A DNA stretch of 64,000 bases from Blastocatellia bacterium (GTDB lineage: Bacteria > Acidobacteriota > Blastocatellia > UBA7656), in the NCBI GenBank assembly GCA_963765495.1, contig CAVXWP010000008.1:224001-288000 (forward strand). Direction: 5' to 3'. The notes below the pieces were generated by a model. It was not told the DNA's origin, did not search any database, and saw only the letters and a program-made list of their open reading frames with translations. Shown in pieces: positions 1-10,977 of the stretch (its first letter is position 1; each line of letters begins with the position of its first letter). The position numbers and the translations under genes are program-made.

Positions 1-233
1 GACCACTGATAAGCCAAACGAGACCGATGAGATGAGGAATAAGCATAGCCGAGAATCTGATGGTCGGATTCAAGCACTAGCCAGGGGAAAAGGTCCAGCG
101 TTTCTGTAATTCTCTGACGCATTTCCTCCAGAGAAGGAGGAAGAAGCTCGAAAGAGATGATCGAGTTGCAAACAAGGGGGGCATAGATATCGAGCAAAGC
201 CTGAGCGTCAGATTCATCGGCGATGCGAATCAT
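1..233 (-). CDS. GNAT N-acetyltransferase, phosphinothricin/ArsN1-like (3' end runs off the window)
   Basis: Manual translation MIRIADESDAQALLDIYAPLVCNSIISFELLPPSLEEMRQRI...FPWLVLESDHQILGYAYSSSHRSRLAYQW; GGAGG RBS upstream; absent from the ORF track. Confidence 0.85.
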   Translation of the reverse strand, partial: MIRIADESDAQALLDIYAPLVCNSIISFELLPPSLEEMRQRITETLDLFPWLVLESDHQILGYAYSSSHRSRLAYQW

Positions 234-462
234 ACAATCCCTCCAGCGAGAACCAAATAACGAAATAGTGTTCCTGTCAAACTGCCAGGAATACGTACAA
301 ACAAGCAGAGATACTACGCACCGTATATCAGAATTTCAATCCTCTTTAGATAAACCAGATCAACATTTCTCATAGCCATTTCTTGAGTGGTTGTATCTTA
401 CAAATGTATAACCTGCTCAGGACGCTACTTCTTCCCAATCACTACCCATTCGACGGAGTCGG

Positions 463-1458
463 CTATTTACCAACCGCAGCATAATACCCTAGCTGGTTCC
501 GTACTTTGATATGCTTTAATCCAGGTACTTTATCTGGCTTTATGTTCAGCTTTACTTCTATACGATGCCACTCACCATCTTTTGCCCCATCTGAAGGGGT
601 AAACCCCAGTCTGTATCGGTTTCGGAGGTCTTGAGCAATCATTGATAAGCTCTCAGATAAGTTCCCTGGTTTCTTTATTCTGAATGTCAGCCCTGTTGAT
701 GCCTTCGCCCATTCGCCTACGGCAATCGGAGGTATTGGTGATAAGAGATATTCATACGACGGGGCGGTATTTATGGCGTAGAACATGATGCCATTTTCTC
801 TGATTAAACGCTCGATCTTTCTCTCATCTATACTCGATGACGTATCGGCCCCATCGCCCATCATTATTATTGCTCGCCTGGTGTGTGAACTGCTCATCGC
901 TTTCTCGATTGCAAGAGAGCAGGAATCAAGAAGGGCCGTGCTTCCTTTAATTTGTAATGATTCGAGTTTTTCAAGACCTGCCAAAGCCTCGGTACGCGAT
1001 GCATTATCGACGAGGATTTGAGGTTTATCACTGAAAGTAAATACGAAGTATGAATTATCATCATTGCTCGCTTGAATGAGGCGGGCAATGGCATCCTTGA
1101 GATCCCTGAGGTTTTCAGGTAAAGCCCGCCTGTGAGAAGCGTCGACAGATCCGGAGGTGTCAATAAGAATGCAGACCGTAACAGGATCATCAACACTGCT
1201 AAAGTCTGTGATAGTCCGTGGCTGACCGTTGTCGAAGAGGCTGAAATATTCCTTTGACAGCCCACGAAGGTAACCGCCTTTTTCGTCATTGACAACAACT
1301 TCAATCGACACGGGAGAAGCCCCCAATTGTAGCAGATCAGAATGCTCGTGTTGTGTTGTTTGACCAAATGCCGATGCAAGCCCGGAAGGTGAAATAAGAG
1401 CGACAAACAACAAAAGAATATATCGAACGGGTTTTAGTACGCTTTTGTTGTGGAGCAT
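463..1458 (-). CDS. Secreted VWA-domain protein (acidobacterial VWFA-related type)
   Basis: Signal peptide; MIDAS motif DTSGS; TALLDS; GDGAD; C-terminal DGEWHRIEVKL...GYYA. Confidence 0.85.
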   Translation of the reverse strand: MLHNKSVLKPVRYILLLFVALISPSGLASAFGQTTQHEHSDLLQLGASPVSIEVVVNDEKGGYLRGLSKEYFSLFDNGQPRTITDFSSVDDPVTVCILIDTSGSVDASHRRALPENLRDLKDAIARLIQASNDDNSYFVFTFSDKPQILVDNASRTEALAGLEKLESLQIKGSTALLDSCSLAIEKAMSSSHTRRAIIMMGDGADTSSSIDERKIERLIRENGIMFYAINTAPSYEYLLSPIPPIAVGEWAKASTGLTFRIKKPGNLSESLSMIAQDLRNRYRLGFTPSDGAKDGEWHRIEVKLNIKPDKVPGLKHIKVRNQLGYYAAVGK

Positions 1459-1759
1459 ATGGATTCCTTTCTTGACTGTAACTTAACTATCAAATGGACA
1501 TGATAAGCAGACTTGATTTTATATAAATTAACCCTGATGTTCAAATGAACAGACTTCACCTGTTGAAAGAAACATTACTTTCATGACTTTCATGCTATTC
1601 AAACCTGGAATATACAATTCAGAACATTAATGAGCCGAGCAATCTATTATCTCCTGCTCAACCTGAAAATCTATATTTTTTCTGAGCGACTTTTTTACCT
1701 CTTTCTCACTCTTCACGCATAAAGTTCCATAGCTCCTCAAGCCATATTGCTCAACCTGG

Positions 1760-4700
1760 TTACTGGTTGTGAGGCACGCTCACAGTCACAGTCTTGATTG
1801 ATGAATTTCCGCCTCCGTCTATGCAGGTGATCGTAATGGTGTAAATGCGCCCGGAGCCTGAGCCCGCTCGCTCGGCGCGCAACCGGACGTGATGTGAATC
1901 TACAATCTCCCAATCCGACCCCCCGCTCGTGATCGGTTCGTTACTCGTTACCATCAAGCTACAGGTTACGGACCCGCAGTTGTCCGTTGCCAGGTAATTC
2001 ACTGTCACATCTACCATCTTGTGATTTGGAGGCCACAATACGGGCTTATCAACAGAGACATTTGTAACTACGGGTGCTGTTACGTCACTCACTGTGACCG
2101 TCGTAGTACAGGTATTGCTGTTACCTGCAAGATCAGTCGCCGTCACCGTGACGATGTGGCTTCCCAAACCTACAGGAGTCCCTGCTGCCGGACTTTGCGT
2201 GATGGCGAGTGAACCGGTCGGCGTCAGATTGTCGGATGCTGTGACGTTTGCAGTGACGTTGGGCAGATTAGCCTCACAACTTGCGCCCGCTGAAACGGTT
2301 GATGCCGAAGGACACATCACTGTGGGCGCAGTGAGATCTATCTTTACAACCTGGCTCGTTAAGGCACTGATGTTGCCTGCGTTGTCGAGCGCCCGCACAT
2401 TGATGGTAGTGATGCCCTCCGTGCTGATCGTCACGCTAGTGTTTGCACCCGCGACGACTATCACGCTGCCATCATTTATCCAGTACCGGAGTTCCTTGAT
2501 GCCGCTTCCTGCATCGCTGCCGTTCAGGGCCACCGTCACAGGAGTAGAGTTGAACCACCCATTTGCATTTGGCGAAGTGGTAGTCATCGCGGTCGCAACA
2601 GGCGGAGTCAAATCTGCTACCGCAGGGGAAGGGAACAACACCACTCCGTTGCGCGCCGCAAGCGTTACATTGATCATACCTCCGCTCACGGTGTAAGTTG
2701 CGCCGCCAAGCGCATCCTGAAGCACAGTGCCATCCGAGAAGTAATCTGAAACTACAACGGTCGATGTGTTGCTTAATGATCCGTTGTTCAACACGACGAT
2801 GCCCGTCTCGCCTCCGCCTGCGCGGGCGTATGCGTATGTGTTATTGTCGGTCGCCGAGGGGGTAGTGTCGCCTGTCAACAACATATTGAACGAACCCGTG
2901 CGCAGGGCCGGATGCTGCGTTCTGAGGTGTGCAAGCGTAGTATAAAAAGCGAGTACCCCGTTATCAATCGGCCCATAAACATTCACGTTGCCGCTTTCAT
3001 CTGCCCACGGGTAAGGTGCGCGGTTGTAAGGGTCATCCTCCGGCCCGTTTGCGCCGTTTGCCAGCGACGGCGCATTGATGGCTCCTTCGTCTCCATAATA
3101 GATCATGGGCGCGCCAATGTATGTGAATTGGAAAAGCGCGGCTAGCTTTAGCCTCTCTTTGGCCTCGGTCAGCCCATTGTCGCCCAGTTCGGTCAGCACA
3201 TAAAGCGCGCGGTTCGTGTCGTGAGAATCAAGCAGATTGAGCATCGTAGCCGTAGCTTGCGGCGGGTAGTCTTCGAGCACCGCCTTGAGCGCGTGATCAA
3301 ACTGGCTGGGGTTAAGGTTTACCACGCTGTTTGTGCCGTTATTATCATTGTCATTCCAGGAGGCCGAGCCCCTTGCAAACCCAAGAACATTCTTGCGGAA
3401 GCGATAGTTCATTACCGAATCAAGCTGATCGCCCGCCAGGAACTGGCTTGCATCGGGGAAAATCTCGCCGATGAGCGGACCGTCCGCCTTATAGGATTTT
3501 GCGAAGGGTCTGTAGTCATGCCACCAGTTGTGCGTGATGTCCGGCGCTACGTCGAAACGCCATCCGCTTGCTCCCCTCTCATACCAGTGTTTTGTGATGT
3601 TGTCTGCCGGGTCGCGATAGAAAAAGTTCCGCACATCGGGGCTTGAATCGGTGAATGCGGGCAGGCTGTCGAAACCGAACCAGCCCTCATAGTCGCCCGT
3701 GCCACAGGGCACCGTGTTGTTGAAGAAGTTATACCAGCTTCGCTCGGTCGAGGTAAGCGATTCACACCCTCCGTCGCTCGAATAACGATGGTAACGGTCG
3801 AAGTAAAGACTGTCGGACGAAGAATGATTGAAGACCGCATCGAGGATTAGCCTGATGCCGCGCCGCTCGGTCTCTTTGACGAGCGAGGCAAGCGCCGCAT
3901 CGCCGCCAAGCGCCGGGTCTACTTCCAGATAATTGTCTGTATCGTAGCGATGGTTTGAGCGAGCCTTAAAGATTGGATTCAAATAGATCGCATTTACCCC
4001 GATGCTCTGAAGATAGTCGAGCTTGTCTTGAATCCCTTTGAGGTCGCCCCCATAGAACTGCGTGCCGTATTCGTTGAAATACGGGCCGGGCACTCGCGGG
4101 TCGAATATCTGCTCGTTCCAGATAGTCTTGGGTATCACAGACTGATTCCCGTAGAAGGTCGGGCAATCGGCATTCGCCCCCACGCAATAATCATTCGACC
4201 TGTCGCCGTTGCGGAAGCGGTCGGGAAATATCTGATATACGTTCGAGTTTTTCAGCCAGTCGGGCGTCGCGAAACCTGAGTCATAGATTGTGATCTGAAA
4301 AGCCGGAAACGGTTCGTTGTCGCTCGGTTCGCCCTCGCCCCCCATGCCCAGATTGTCGTTGTCGTCAGCAACATTGTCGCTGTAAAAGTCGGTGTCCACT
4401 CCATCCGTTATGCGGAACTTGTAATAGAAGATCGCCGGGACTCCGGGCGTAGCAATCGTCGCTTCCCATATATCATAGAGGAGACTGTTTTCGGTTCGGT
4501 TCTCAAAAAAGTGCATGGGATAATCAACCGGCCCTGTCGTTGTGTCTGTCGCCGGGTCATAGTGATAGACGCGAACGCTGACGCCGTCTACATCGAAATG
4601 GGCTGTGCGGAAGCGCAGCCTTACGCTCGTTCCTGCGGAGACCGCGCCGAACGGAGTGCGATAATAAGAGTCGAATGTGTCATGCCTGAGACCCGCAAAC

Positions 4701-5419
4701 TGAATGTCATTGGTATCGCTCGTGCTGTTGATGGAGAAAGGTTTTGTGCTCGTTCCATCGGCAGTGCTCGTCACCGTGTAGTAGCGAGAGTATGAGGCTG
4801 ACGTGCCTATGAAGGCTCCCGAGTTTTCTTGAGGCACCTGACCGTAGACGAATCCGCCACTCGATGTAAGATAACCGAAAAAGAGGAAAGACGAAGGCCG
4901 GCCTCCACCCGTTATGTTTGACCAGGGTATTGAGAGCTCTCTCACGTTCCCTGCGCCCGACCCATAACTGCCCGAAAAGGCCGTCTGTGATGACCAGCCG
5001 CCCGACCCGTTGGCCGTGCGGAACTCTCTGTAACCGTCCTTAAAGTACGTGACGTAATCAGCCCTGAAGGGGAGCGCCACAAAGTTTGTATTGTCGTAAT
5101 TGAATCCGGCCAGGCTGCCGTCACTGTTGCTGCCGCCGTTGACGGGAGAGACGGGATTCTTGTCAATGTAAATAACCGCGCCTTCGGCGAGATTGGCATT
5201 CGTGATGCCGACATAGAGGTTGTTGTCATCCCATGTCATGTACCAGTCTTGAAGGGTACCCGTACCCTTTTTGTTCTGGCCTTCTGAATGATCTCCGTAT
5301 TCGTTCGCGTTTATCACACCGTCCACATTCGGAGTGGCAAACTGTGCGTGAGTCGATTCGACCGAGATAAACGGCACGGCGAGAAGCGCGGCTGTTAACA
5401 CCAATAGTGAACGATGCAT
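1760..5419 (-). CDS. Secreted GH13 alpha-amylase/neopullulanase-amylopullulanase family protein with accessory N-terminal and Ig/HYR-like C-terminal domains
   Basis: YQIFPDRF, GGDLKG, catalytic WRFDVA, GEIF and LDSHD motifs; start placed at MHRSLL (signal peptide, GAGGAG RBS). Confidence 0.9.
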   Translation of the reverse strand: MHRSLLVLTAALLAVPFISVESTHAQFATPNVDGVINANEYGDHSEGQNKKGTGTLQDWYMTWDDNNLYVGITNANLAEGAVIYIDKNPVSPVNGGSNSDGSLAGFNYDNTNFVALPFRADYVTYFKDGYREFRTANGSGGWSSQTAFSGSYGSGAGNVRELSIPWSNITGGGRPSSFLFFGYLTSSGGFVYGQVPQENSGAFIGTSASYSRYYTVTSTADGTSTKPFSINSTSDTNDIQFAGLRHDTFDSYYRTPFGAVSAGTSVRLRFRTAHFDVDGVSVRVYHYDPATDTTTGPVDYPMHFFENRTENSLLYDIWEATIATPGVPAIFYYKFRITDGVDTDFYSDNVADDNDNLGMGGEGEPSDNEPFPAFQITIYDSGFATPDWLKNSNVYQIFPDRFRNGDRSNDYCVGANADCPTFYGNQSVIPKTIWNEQIFDPRVPGPYFNEYGTQFYGGDLKGIQDKLDYLQSIGVNAIYLNPIFKARSNHRYDTDNYLEVDPALGGDAALASLVKETERRGIRLILDAVFNHSSSDSLYFDRYHRYSSDGGCESLTSTERSWYNFFNNTVPCGTGDYEGWFGFDSLPAFTDSSPDVRNFFYRDPADNITKHWYERGASGWRFDVAPDITHNWWHDYRPFAKSYKADGPLIGEIFPDASQFLAGDQLDSVMNYRFRKNVLGFARGSASWNDNDNNGTNSVVNLNPSQFDHALKAVLEDYPPQATATMLNLLDSHDTNRALYVLTELGDNGLTEAKERLKLAALFQFTYIGAPMIYYGDEGAINAPSLANGANGPEDDPYNRAPYPWADESGNVNVYGPIDNGVLAFYTTLAHLRTQHPALRTGSFNMLLTGDTTPSATDNNTYAYARAGGGETGIVVLNNGSLSNTSTVVVSDYFSDGTVLQDALGGATYTVSGGMINVTLAARNGVVLFPSPAVADLTPPVATAMTTTSPNANGWFNSTPVTVALNGSDAGSGIKELRYWINDGSVIVVAGANTSVTISTEGITTINVRALDNAGNISALTSQVVKIDLTAPTVMCPSASTVSAGASCEANLPNVTANVTASDNLTPTGSLAITQSPAAGTPVGLGSHIVTVTATDLAGNSNTCTTTVTVSDVTAPVVTNVSVDKPVLWPPNHKMVDVTVNYLATDNCGSVTCSLMVTSNEPITSGGSDWEIVDSHHVRLRAERAGSGSGRIYTITITCIDGGGNSSIKTVTVSVPHNQ

Positions 5420-6101
5420 ATGTATGGCTCCTCTAATTGGCGATGCGCTTTTTCTACCGCGCACCGGAAAGATGGTCTTGATCTCGAAACGGTCAATTGT
5501 TCGAAGTTGTGTCCAGATCAAGGGCGGCCTGGACACTCAACAGCGCAAAAACGATCAAGGCGGAGGATTGATATTAGCCGAACCCCCGGCCCCTTGAAAC
5601 CGACCTTGATCACCGAATGAAAATGTTATTCAGAAAGCGAAAGCTTACACCTGAGCGGTGGCTTCCTGCAACCGTGCTTACACTCGTGGAAAGAGTAAAA
5701 ATAAACACTGGCAGCGCCATCTAATTCTCAGATAAACCTGCCGAGGTCTTAGAAAACCACGTGAAGATTGTCCTGAGAATTAAGCTGATGGCTGTCCTTC
5801 GTTTACTCCTGATTGGGGCCGCCAGCCTGTATAAACAGCATCGAGCGCCTGCGCGTTTCGGCCCAAAATAATTTCGCTTGCTCACAAAGCAACCTTGTAT
5901 GTGCGCGTACATCTAAGCCGCACGATGATCATAACCGGCGCAGCTTTTCCGCTGGCAGGTATATGCACTCAGGCTGCGTGAGTGCACAAAGCTATCCGCT
6001 TGGGCCGACATTTTCAAAGGCTCAGTCTGTATGAATAAAGAGACTCGGGTCTCTGCAACTTTCCTGGCAACTCAGTTGCCTGTGGAGATAGAGGTGTATC
6101 T

Positions 6102-8093
6102 ATGCAACTCAAGGTATGGAATGTCTGTTTTGTTCTGATCGCAATCGTAGTGCTTTCCTTTTCCGGTTCTGCACAGACTCAGCAGGATAAAACTCTCTCG
6201 CCGTATTTCTTTGTGCAGGGAGATCCAGATGTAGATCGGTTACCTCTCAAAGATACCCGTGTCGAGATAAATGTTTCAGGCATCATCTCTGATGTGACGG
6301 TGTTTCAGACTTATCGGAATGAAGGCTCGCGGCCGATCAATGCACGTTATGTCTTTCCAGCATCCACGCGCGCCGCCGTTTATGCGATGCGTATGCAAAT
6401 TGGCGCTCAAGTCATAGTTGCCAGAATAAAAGAGCGAGAAAAGGCTAAACAGGAATTCGATCAGGCTAAGCAGGAAGGCAAAAGCGCATCTCTGCTTGAG
6501 GAAAACAGACCCAATGTGTTTTCTATGAGTCTTGCCAATATCATGCCCGGTGATCAGATAGAGATACAACTTCGCTATACCGAGCTTCTGGTGCCAACGG
6601 ATGGCATCTATGAGGTGGTCTTCCCCACAGTTGTCGGGCCGCGCTATTCCTCCCAGTCAGATGCCGATGTGCCATCCGTGGAAAGCTGGATAAAAAGCCC
6701 GTATCTCCATCAGGGAGAAAAACCCACCAGCACGTTTCACATCTCGGCAAGGATTTCAGCCGGTGTGCCAATCAGTGATCTGAGTTGTGTTTCGCACCCG
6801 ATTCTACCGCAGTGGCTGAGCCCTAGTATCGCAAAGGTTGCGTCGGACGATACGGCCCCGTTTCAGGGGAATCGTGACTTTATACTGCGTTATCGTCTGG
6901 CGGGAGATCAAATTGCCTCGGGTCTCATCCTTTACGCGGGTGAAGATGAAAACTTCTTTCTTTACATGGCTCAACCACCTGCCCGGATAACGAGCGAGGA
7001 CATTCCCGTTCGGGAGTACATCTTTGTTATAGATGTTTCGGGCTCAATGGAAGGCTTCCCTCTCGATACCGCCAAGCATCTTCTGCGGGATTTGATCGGG
7101 CAGTTGCGGCCCTCTGACCTGTTCAATGTCGTCTTGTTCGCAGGTGACTCCACTGTGCTTTCTGAAAGGTCGCTTCCTGCTGATCAACAACACATCTCTG
7201 ATGCGATTCGTCTGATCGAACAACAACGGGGAAGCGGAGGAACCGAGCTTCTTGCGGCGATCCAGAAGGCCATGAGCCTTCCCGGCCAGGCAGGCATTTC
7301 CCGTAGCATAGTTCTCGTAACGGATGGTTATGTATCAGAGGAGAAGGGAACCTTCGACTATATACGTGATCATCTGGATCAAAGCAACGTATTCTCTTTC
7401 GGCATCGGCTCATCAGTAAACCGCTATCTGATTGAAGGCGTGGCAAAAGCCGGAATGGGCGAGGCCTTCGTTGTGACCCGAATGGAAGAGGCTCCTGCGA
7501 TTGCAGCCAGATTCCGGGAATACATCCAAAACCCTGTATTGACCGACATTCAGTTCCGCTCCGAGGGGTTTGATATATATGATGCGCACGCTTCCCACAT
7601 TCCAGATTTGTTCGCCCAGCGCCCTGTGATTCTTTTTGGCAAATGGCGCGGCCCGGTAAATGGAACCTTTGAACTCAAGGGAAAGACAGGACGGGGTGAG
7701 TACGTGACCCGTTTGGATGTTGGCGGGGTAAGACCCGATGATACCAATCGAGCGCTGCGTTATCTGTGGGCTCGGTCGCGAATCACTGAACTTTCCGATT
7801 ACGGCTCGGAAGAACTGGATCGAGATCGTATCAGCAACATCACATCTCTGGGATTGAAGTACAACCTGTTGACTCAGTACACGTCCTTCATCGCGGTTCG
7901 TGAAGTCGTGAGAAATACTCAGGGGCCTGCAAAGGATGTCGATCAGCCGTTGCCGCTCCCGCTGGGGGTTAGCGATCTGGCTGTAGGCGTAGCCACGGAG
8001 AGCGGAAGCGAGCCGGAGCTTATATGGTTGATTATTGCATCCATCGCAATCACGTTGATCATGATCTTTCGAAAACGGCGGGTCCTTGTATGA
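6102..8093 (+). CDS. VIT plus vWA domain protein with C-terminal SEPE-TM-basic sorting signal
   Basis: Signal peptide; VIT domain (YVFP...KSASLLEE); DVSGSM and GGTE vWA motifs; ends GSEPELIWLIIASIAITLIMIFRKRRVLV. Confidence 0.88.
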   Translation: MQLKVWNVCFVLIAIVVLSFSGSAQTQQDKTLSPYFFVQGDPDVDRLPLKDTRVEINVSGIISDVTVFQTYRNEGSRPINARYVFPASTRAAVYAMRMQIGAQVIVARIKEREKAKQEFDQAKQEGKSASLLEENRPNVFSMSLANIMPGDQIEIQLRYTELLVPTDGIYEVVFPTVVGPRYSSQSDADVPSVESWIKSPYLHQGEKPTSTFHISARISAGVPISDLSCVSHPILPQWLSPSIAKVASDDTAPFQGNRDFILRYRLAGDQIASGLILYAGEDENFFLYMAQPPARITSEDIPVREYIFVIDVSGSMEGFPLDTAKHLLRDLIGQLRPSDLFNVVLFAGDSTVLSERSLPADQQHISDAIRLIEQQRGSGGTELLAAIQKAMSLPGQAGISRSIVLVTDGYVSEEKGTFDYIRDHLDQSNVFSFGIGSSVNRYLIEGVAKAGMGEAFVVTRMEEAPAIAARFREYIQNPVLTDIQFRSEGFDIYDAHASHIPDLFAQRPVILFGKWRGPVNGTFELKGKTGRGEYVTRLDVGGVRPDDTNRALRYLWARSRITELSDYGSEELDRDRISNITSLGLKYNLLTQYTSFIAVREVVRNTQGPAKDVDQPLPLPLGVSDLAVGVATESGSEPELIWLIIASIAITLIMIFRKRRVLV

Positions 8094-8884
8094 AACAGAA
8101 ATTTAGCCGAGTCTGGATAGCACAATGGTTTGTCGTGTTTATTTGCGCTCTTACGCTAAAGCTGTATTACTCGACGGCAAGCGCAAACCATCTACGCTGG
8201 ATACTCGCTCCCACGACTGCTTTTGTGGAACTCGTTAGCGGTACATCTTTCGAGTTTGAATCCAATGCAGGTTATCTCAGCAGTGATCGCAGTTTCCTGA
8301 TAGCCCCTTCCTGCGCGGGGATAAATTTCTTGATCACCGCCTTCTTGATGCTCTCGGTAAGAAAGCTTTTGAGGGATCGAGCGCAAAAGATTGCCTCGAG
8401 ATTCATCCCTGCTGCCGCGCTGATTGCCTGTATGGTGACGCTCGTTGCGAACACCTTGCGTATCGTCATTGCGTTGCATCTCAGGGGGGCGGTGGATATT
8501 TTCGGGCTGAACCCCTATCAATTCCATCGCGTCGAAGGTATCTTTGTGTACTTCGGTTTTCTGCTGTTGTTGTTTGCGGTCAGCGAAAGAATGAATGCGG
8601 TAAAAGCCTCAAGTAGGTGGCGGCAATCACTCTTCCCGCTCCTTATGTATTACGCAATATTGTTAGGAGTTCCGTTGGCAAATGGCGGGTATCGCCAGGG
8701 ATCTGATTTCTGGGAGCACTCGGCCTTTGTCTTAGTGATTCCTCTACTCCTGATTCTGCCATTCGCTCTGATTTGCCGTGTGTGGAGGCGTGCCGATGCC
8801 TGTCCCTACGGTGAAACCCGAGTCTCGGAAGCTGCCTTGATTATTGCGGACCGACCTCGACTGCCACCTGCGCTTCCGCATTGA
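8090..8884 (+). CDS. Exosortase K-like (exosortase/archaeosortase family)
   Basis: Multi-TM protein; IAPSCAGINF (Cys), NTLRI (Arg), HRVEG (His); ATGA overlap with the upstream stop. Confidence 0.8.
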   Translation: MKQKFSRVWIAQWFVVFICALTLKLYYSTASANHLRWILAPTTAFVELVSGTSFEFESNAGYLSSDRSFLIAPSCAGINFLITAFLMLSVRKLLRDRAQKIASRFIPAAALIACMVTLVANTLRIVIALHLRGAVDIFGLNPYQFHRVEGIFVYFGFLLLLFAVSERMNAVKASSRWRQSLFPLLMYYAILLGVPLANGGYRQGSDFWEHSAFVLVIPLLLILPFALICRVWRRADACPYGETRVSEAALIIADRPRLPPALPH

Positions 8885-8929
8885 TCTGTGGAGAGAGCCA
8901 TTTATAGCGGTTTTCAAATCAATGTAGCC

Positions 8930-8989
8930 TGTAGGGGCAGAGACAAGCCCGCGCCGTGCGAAGCACATTATGCGCCAATCGCCCCTACA
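8930..8989. repeat. REP-like palindrome
   Basis: Inverted arms TGTAGGGGC...GCCCCTACA in the gap between convergent genes. Confidence 0.55.
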
Positions 8990-9121
8990 GCTACACGCAA
9001 TTGCAAACAGCTGTAATTGTTCGTGTTCAATAGTGAAAATTCGTGGCTTGTCGCTCTACGGAGAAACCCGGATAAATTACAACGGCTCCAATGCTCACCT
9101 GATCTTTGCAGGTATTACATT

Positions 9122-9658
9122 TCAAGAATATTTATCTGCTATCTTTTTCAACGTTGTCATATTCCGCGTTGTCGCTTCCGGCCCCAGAATTTTTCCAACC
9201 TGTACGCCGAATATTTCCGCTTCCTTACACCGGACACGCCGCAACCAATAAACTTCTCGATTTCTGACGCTCACCTCGTCGTTTTGTGTGTTGAGCTTTT
9301 TTAAGGCTTCTTTAACACTTGCTTTTGGCTTGTCTCGAAGCAGGATCGCATATATAACCGCATCCGCCGGATGGTCAACAGGCCCGAAAGGTTGATGTCG
9401 CGCGATTAAGGCAAGCTCCTGAGCGGTCCGCAAGAATGTGGCCACCTGATAACCGAGTGCCTTTTCCAGATGCTGCTCGATTGTATGTTCCAGAGCAGGG
9501 ATATCTGAATCGGGTGATTGAAAAATAATATTCCCGCTTTGAATCACGCTCTCAACGTCAGTAAAACCCAGTGACTCGAAGAGCCGTTGCAATTCAGGCA
9601 TTTTGATTCTATGACCGCCGACATTGATTCCACGAAGAAACGCAAAATAGAGTGGCAT
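9122..9658 (-). CDS. DUF1697 family protein
   Basis: AFLRGINVGG...IQSGNIIF...TTRN motifs. Confidence 0.9.
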   Translation of the reverse strand: MPLYFAFLRGINVGGHRIKMPELQRLFESLGFTDVESVIQSGNIIFQSPDSDIPALEHTIEQHLEKALGYQVATFLRTAQELALIARHQPFGPVDHPADAVIYAILLRDKPKASVKEALKKLNTQNDEVSVRNREVYWLRRVRCKEAEIFGVQVGKILGPEATTRNMTTLKKIADKYS

Positions 9659-9803
9659 ACAGGGAGGTTATCCCAAAGGATCGAGAGATTGTCAACCGCT
9701 CAACCCCGAGTCGCAAGGTCGTTGCGAAGTAACCTGATAAAGAGAAAGACCTGTGCCACCGCTAATTTGCAAAAGCCCCGGGTACTTGTTTATAAGGCGG
9801 ATA

Positions 9804-10175
9804 TCATTTGAAGTGTCTTCTTATTTGATCTATTTTATCTTCGATCCTCTTTAACATTTCTATTGCTTCCGCTTTGTTTAGCCCTGCTTCTTCTACTCCT
9901 TCTCGCAGTACCGCATCACCATCGCTTGCCCTGTTATTGTTGATTATGAAATCAACCGCCTTATCAAGCCCCTCCATGAATAAATCCAGGCTCTCTTCGA
10001 ATACCATCACACGATGGCGTTCCAGTTCACTGCCTACCTGTGTCAGTTCGCCTATGACCAGATATTTTACCCCATCCTTTGTCTGCTTTACGTCAAAGTA
10101 ATAGGTCCTTCTGCTTGTCATAACCTTCTCTGAGAAGATTTCGTTCATCTCAACCTCCGATTTATCTGTAGTCAA
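9804..10175 (-). CDS. PUR-alpha-like/DUF3276 nucleic-acid binding protein
   Basis: FSEKV...RRTYYFDVKQTKDGVKYLVIGE...ERHRVMVFEE; start codon uncertain. Confidence 0.8.
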   Translation of the reverse strand: MTTDKSEVEMNEIFSEKVMTSRRTYYFDVKQTKDGVKYLVIGELTQVGSELERHRVMVFEESLDLFMEGLDKAVDFIINNNRASDGDAVLREGVEEAGLNKAEAIEMLKRIEDKIDQIRRHFK

Positions 10176-10321
10176 GCGCCAAAGCGAAACATAGTTTACG
10201 ATGTTTGGGTGGAAAGGGTCGAGTCGCTAAATCACCTTCAGTTAACTTGAAAATGACTCCTTCTAAATCACAAAACTCAACTCCGCTTTCGGTGAAAGAA
10301 GTGCGCCTGATAAACGCCTAT

Positions 10322-10508
10322 ATGAATATTCTAATACTCAACTGCGGCAGTTCTTCGGTAAAGTTTCAGGTCATCAACACGGATCTCGATCGGATCGAGC
10401 AAGATGAAGACGAATGGCTCTTCCGTTTTCGTTATTCCAACAAATGAAGAATTACTAATTGCCCGCGATACGGTACGTGTTGTGGCCGGAGTACAAAGAC
10501 ACCTCTAA
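10322..10508 (+). pseudogene. ackA: Acetate kinase remnant with most of the gene deleted
   Basis: N-terminal MNILILNCGSSSVKFQVI joined out of frame to C-terminal VFVIPTNEELLIARDT...stop. Confidence 0.85.
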
Positions 10509-10977
10509 CCATCATAGAGGAAGTCAGTGGGTAGTCACCAAATCCTGTTGAGAGGTTAAATTGTTAGCAGGTATGAAAAGGATATCCACTACAACTTTTC
10601 AAACCAAGATTTAAGGCGTCTTCTTCTCTTGATTATTTGCCTCCTATAGTTTTGAAGAGCTGCTTTCGGGAGTCGAACGGTACACTGGATTCCAGGTAGA
10701 AGCCCGCCCAGGCAATCCTTCATTTTCTCTTTCTCAGACCAGCAACAATAGGAGTTACTAGGGAGACTCGATATACGCGAAGAATATTCCCCTTCCCATC
10801 ATAAGGGGTAGGAAATATTTACCGACGCAACCTCTGCTCTACTTTCAGAAGATTTAATACGAGGTGATCTGGGAGAATATTGAGGATGTGGGGACCGAGC
10901 AAAATAAGTGAGGCCCCGGCACAATTGCCAGGGCCAAGTGGTTGAAATGGTGGTATTTGCCTTGACAGGAGGCAAAT

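Noticed and set aside
6065-6080. TGGCAACTCAGTTGCC as a sigma-54 promoter
   Set aside because: GG-N10-GC spacing fits, but the transcript would start within the RBS; it may just be a palindromic operator, so left uncalled
10509-10900. Possible degraded gene fragment upstream of the transposase
   Set aside because: Only short interrupted frames that I could not assign to any family
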